In this document: one piece after another, positions 45,941 to 48,071 of the stretch
Layout of the letters: every line of letters begins with the position of its first letter
Position numbering within the stretch: the first letter of the stretch is position 1
Assembly: GCA_046597055.1 (NCBI GenBank)
Contig: JBKJLC010000197.1
Location: 1 to 48,071, forward strand
Reading direction: 5' to 3'
Origin: Kofleriaceae bacterium
GTDB taxonomy: Bacteria; Myxococcota_A; Polyangia; Haliangiales; Haliangiaceae
DNA: 48,071 bases
Notes under the pieces: generated by a model
The model's database searches: none
What the model was told of the DNA's origin: nothing
Seen by the model: the letters and a program-made list of their open reading frames with translations, nothing else
Program-made: the position numbers and the translations under genes

Positions 45941-47881
45941 GTGTCGATCAACGCATCTGATCTGCCGTTCCGCGAGCTCATCGACGCCGCGCCCGATGGC
46001 GTGATCGTCTCCGATCAGGAAGGCCGCGTCGTGCTGGCCAACGCGGAGGCCGAGCGGATGTTTGGCTACGCGCGCGACGAGTTGCTCGGCCAGCCTATCG
46101 ACGTGCTGGTTCCCGCTCGGTCGCGGTCGCAGCACGGCCACCACGTCGCGATCTACGCCGGCGCTCCACGACTGCGCTCGATGGGCATCGGGATGGAGTT
46201 GACCGGGCGCCACAAGGACGGCAGCGAGATCCCGGTCGAGATCAGCCTGTCGCCGATCCGCACAGCGCGCGGCCTGCTCGTGACCGCTGGGATCCGCGAC
46301 GTCACTGAGCGGCGCAGGCTCGAGCGCGACAACCGGCGCGCGAACGCGTACCTCGTCTCGGCGGTCGACTCCGTCCGCGACTCGTTCGCGCTGTACGACG
46401 AACAGGATCGGGTCATGATGGTCAACAGCTCGGCGCGGCAACTGCTCGGCGGAGCGGTCGGAGGCGCGATCATCGGCCTGCCGTTCGAAGAGCTGCTCGA
46501 CAAGACGCTGGGCGCCGGGGTGTTCGACTTCAGCAACGAGACGCGGGAGGCGCTCCACGCCCGATGGCTTGCGTATCACCGGGCCCCATCGGGCGTGCTC
46601 GACGTGCGCACCGGCACCGGGCGCTACCTGCGCGTGCTCGACCGCAGGACCGCCGAGCACGGTACGGTCTCGACGATCGCGGATGTCACGGATGACGTCC
46701 AGCGCGAGGAGGAGCTTCGCGCGGCGCGTGGAGCGGCGGACGCTGCGAGCGCCGCGAAGAGCGAGTTTTTATCGTCGATGAGCCACGAGCTGCGCACGCC
46801 GCTCAACTCGGTCCTCGGTTTCGCGCAGCTACTCGAGGGGGATCGCAAGCGGCCGCTCGATGAACGCCAGCTCGAGCGAGTTCGCCACGTCCTGCGGGGT
46901 GGCGAGCACCTGTTGCGGCTGATCGACGACGTCCTGGACCTCTCGGGGATCGAGGCCGGGCGGACCATGCTCGCGTTCGAGCCGGTGAGCGCGCGCGAGG
47001 CACTCGACGAGGTCATCGCGACCCTCGAGCCGATGGCGACCCGCGCCCGGATCGCGATCGTGCCGCTCGCAACGGACGAGCTGCCACGCCTCTTTGTCGA
47101 CCGTACGCGGCTCGTCCAGATCCTCATCAACTTCGGCTCCAACGCGATCAAGTACGGCAAGGCAGGTGGGCACGTCATGTTCTCGCTCGCGCTGCGCGAT
47201 CCGGCGACCGTGCGCATCACCGTGATCGATGACGGCATCGGCATCCCCGCCGACAAGCGCGACAAGGTGTTCGAGCCGTTTCAACGAGCAGGACAGGAAG
47301 CCGGGCCGATCGAGGGCACCGGAATCGGCCTCACGATCACCAGAAGGCTCGCCGAGATGATGAAGGGCCACGTCGGGTTCACGAGCGACGTCGGCCGCGG
47401 CTCGGAGTTCTGGGTCGAGATCCCCGTGCACCGGCGCGTGACCGGGGAGAGCAGCGCGTCGGCGCCGACCCCGCCCTCCCCACTCGCGAGTGGCAACGCC
47501 GCGTACAAGGTGATCTACGTCGAGGACAACCCGGCGAACATCGCGTTCATGCGCGAGCTGATCGGCGAGCTGCCGAGCGTCGAGCTCGTCACGGCGGCGA
47601 GCGCCGAGCTTGGACTCGAGTTGATCCACGCGCACCGACCCGACGTGGTGATCATGGACATCAATCTTCCGGGGATGAGCGGCTTCGATGCGATGCAGCG
47701 CCTGCGCGAGTCGCCCGAAACGCGCGGCATCCCCGTGATCGGCCTGTCGGCAGGGGCGCTTCTCAAGGATACGACCCGCGCGAAGGAGGCCGGCTTCTTC
47801 CGGTACCTCACCAAGCCGGTGAAGGTCGCAGAGCTCACGAAGGTGCTCGAGGACCTCCTCGTGCGCCGAGCCCTAGTGTGA
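45941..47881 (+). CDS. PAS-PAS hybrid histidine kinase with a C-terminal REC domain
   Basis: PAS ending GRHKDGSEIPVEISLSP; SHELRTPL; GTGIGL; YVEDN..MDINLPG. Confidence 0.9.
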   Translation: MSINASDLPFRELIDAAPDGVIVSDQEGRVVLANAEAERMFGYARDELLGQPIDVLVPARSRSQHGHHVAIYAGAPRLRSMGIGMELTGRHKDGSEIPVEISLSPIRTARGLLVTAGIRDVTERRRLERDNRRANAYLVSAVDSVRDSFALYDEQDRVMMVNSSARQLLGGAVGGAIIGLPFEELLDKTLGAGVFDFSNETREALHARWLAYHRAPSGVLDVRTGTGRYLRVLDRRTAEHGTVSTIADVTDDVQREEELRAARGAADAASAAKSEFLSSMSHELRTPLNSVLGFAQLLEGDRKRPLDERQLERVRHVLRGGEHLLRLIDDVLDLSGIEAGRTMLAFEPVSAREALDEVIATLEPMATRARIAIVPLATDELPRLFVDRTRLVQILINFGSNAIKYGKAGGHVMFSLALRDPATVRITVIDDGIGIPADKRDKVFEPFQRAGQEAGPIEGTGIGLTITRRLAEMMKGHVGFTSDVGRGSEFWVEIPVHRRVTGESSASAPTPPSPLASGNAAYKVIYVEDNPANIAFMRELIGELPSVELVTAASAELGLELIHAHRPDVVIMDINLPGMSGFDAMQRLRESPETRGIPVIGLSAGALLKDTTRAKEAGFFRYLTKPVKVAELTKVLEDLLVRRALV

Positions 47882-48071
47882 CGAGCAGGATCGCGATCCC
47901 GTCAAGCCACCGATGAAACCGGATCCGGCCGGTGACGTGCGCGACATAAATCGCGAGGAAGCCGAGCAGACCGATCAGGATCGAGCTGCCGAAGTGAAGA
48001 ACCTTGTCGTACCAGGGCCACGAGAGATAGAGCCCGACCATGGTGCCGAGTGTCATGTCCGACACCATGAG
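47835..48071 (-). CDS. partial membrane protein (DUF2238-like), cut by the window edge and apparently C-terminally truncated
   Basis: LY..WPWYDKVLHF motif and TM helices; sequence turns aberrant after VTLGLGA. Confidence 0.5.
   Translation of the reverse strand, partial: LMVSDMTLGTMVGLYLSWPWYDKVLHFGSSILIGLLGFLAIYVAHVTGRIRFHRWLDGIAILLVTLGLGARGGPRAPS

Overview
Very GC-rich bacterial DNA, most likely Myxococcota: two proteases end in MYXO-CTERM-like tails, and there is an FHA-sigma54 activator and many lipoproteins. About 38 genes are densely packed; no rRNA, tRNA, CRISPR array or transposase was seen. Recognisable content: G1P-dehydrogenase-family enzyme plus TIM-barrel gene pair; a full-length and a 5'-truncated DUF4139-type gene flanking two tandem lipoprotein paralogs; monooxygenase-RlmI-like-Fpg operon; divergent ligD/ku NHEJ pair; FHA-sigma54 activator with a downstream -24/-12 promoter; Grx4-IscA-like-rhodanese fusion; RegB/RegA-like two-component system; and a compositionally distinct signalling block after ~42.4 kb. 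The top observation is a 200-aa bacterial histone (29535-30137): a Bdellovibrio Bd0055-like histone fold fused through a Pro/Ala/Thr-rich linker to an N-terminal 8-ligand ZZ-like zinc finger. Other notable signals are a pervasive TANNNT box 5-9 nt before start codons (leaderless-mRNA signature), a REP-like palindromic element and a possible riboswitch-like leader. All assignments come from motif recognition by eye; no searches were run.
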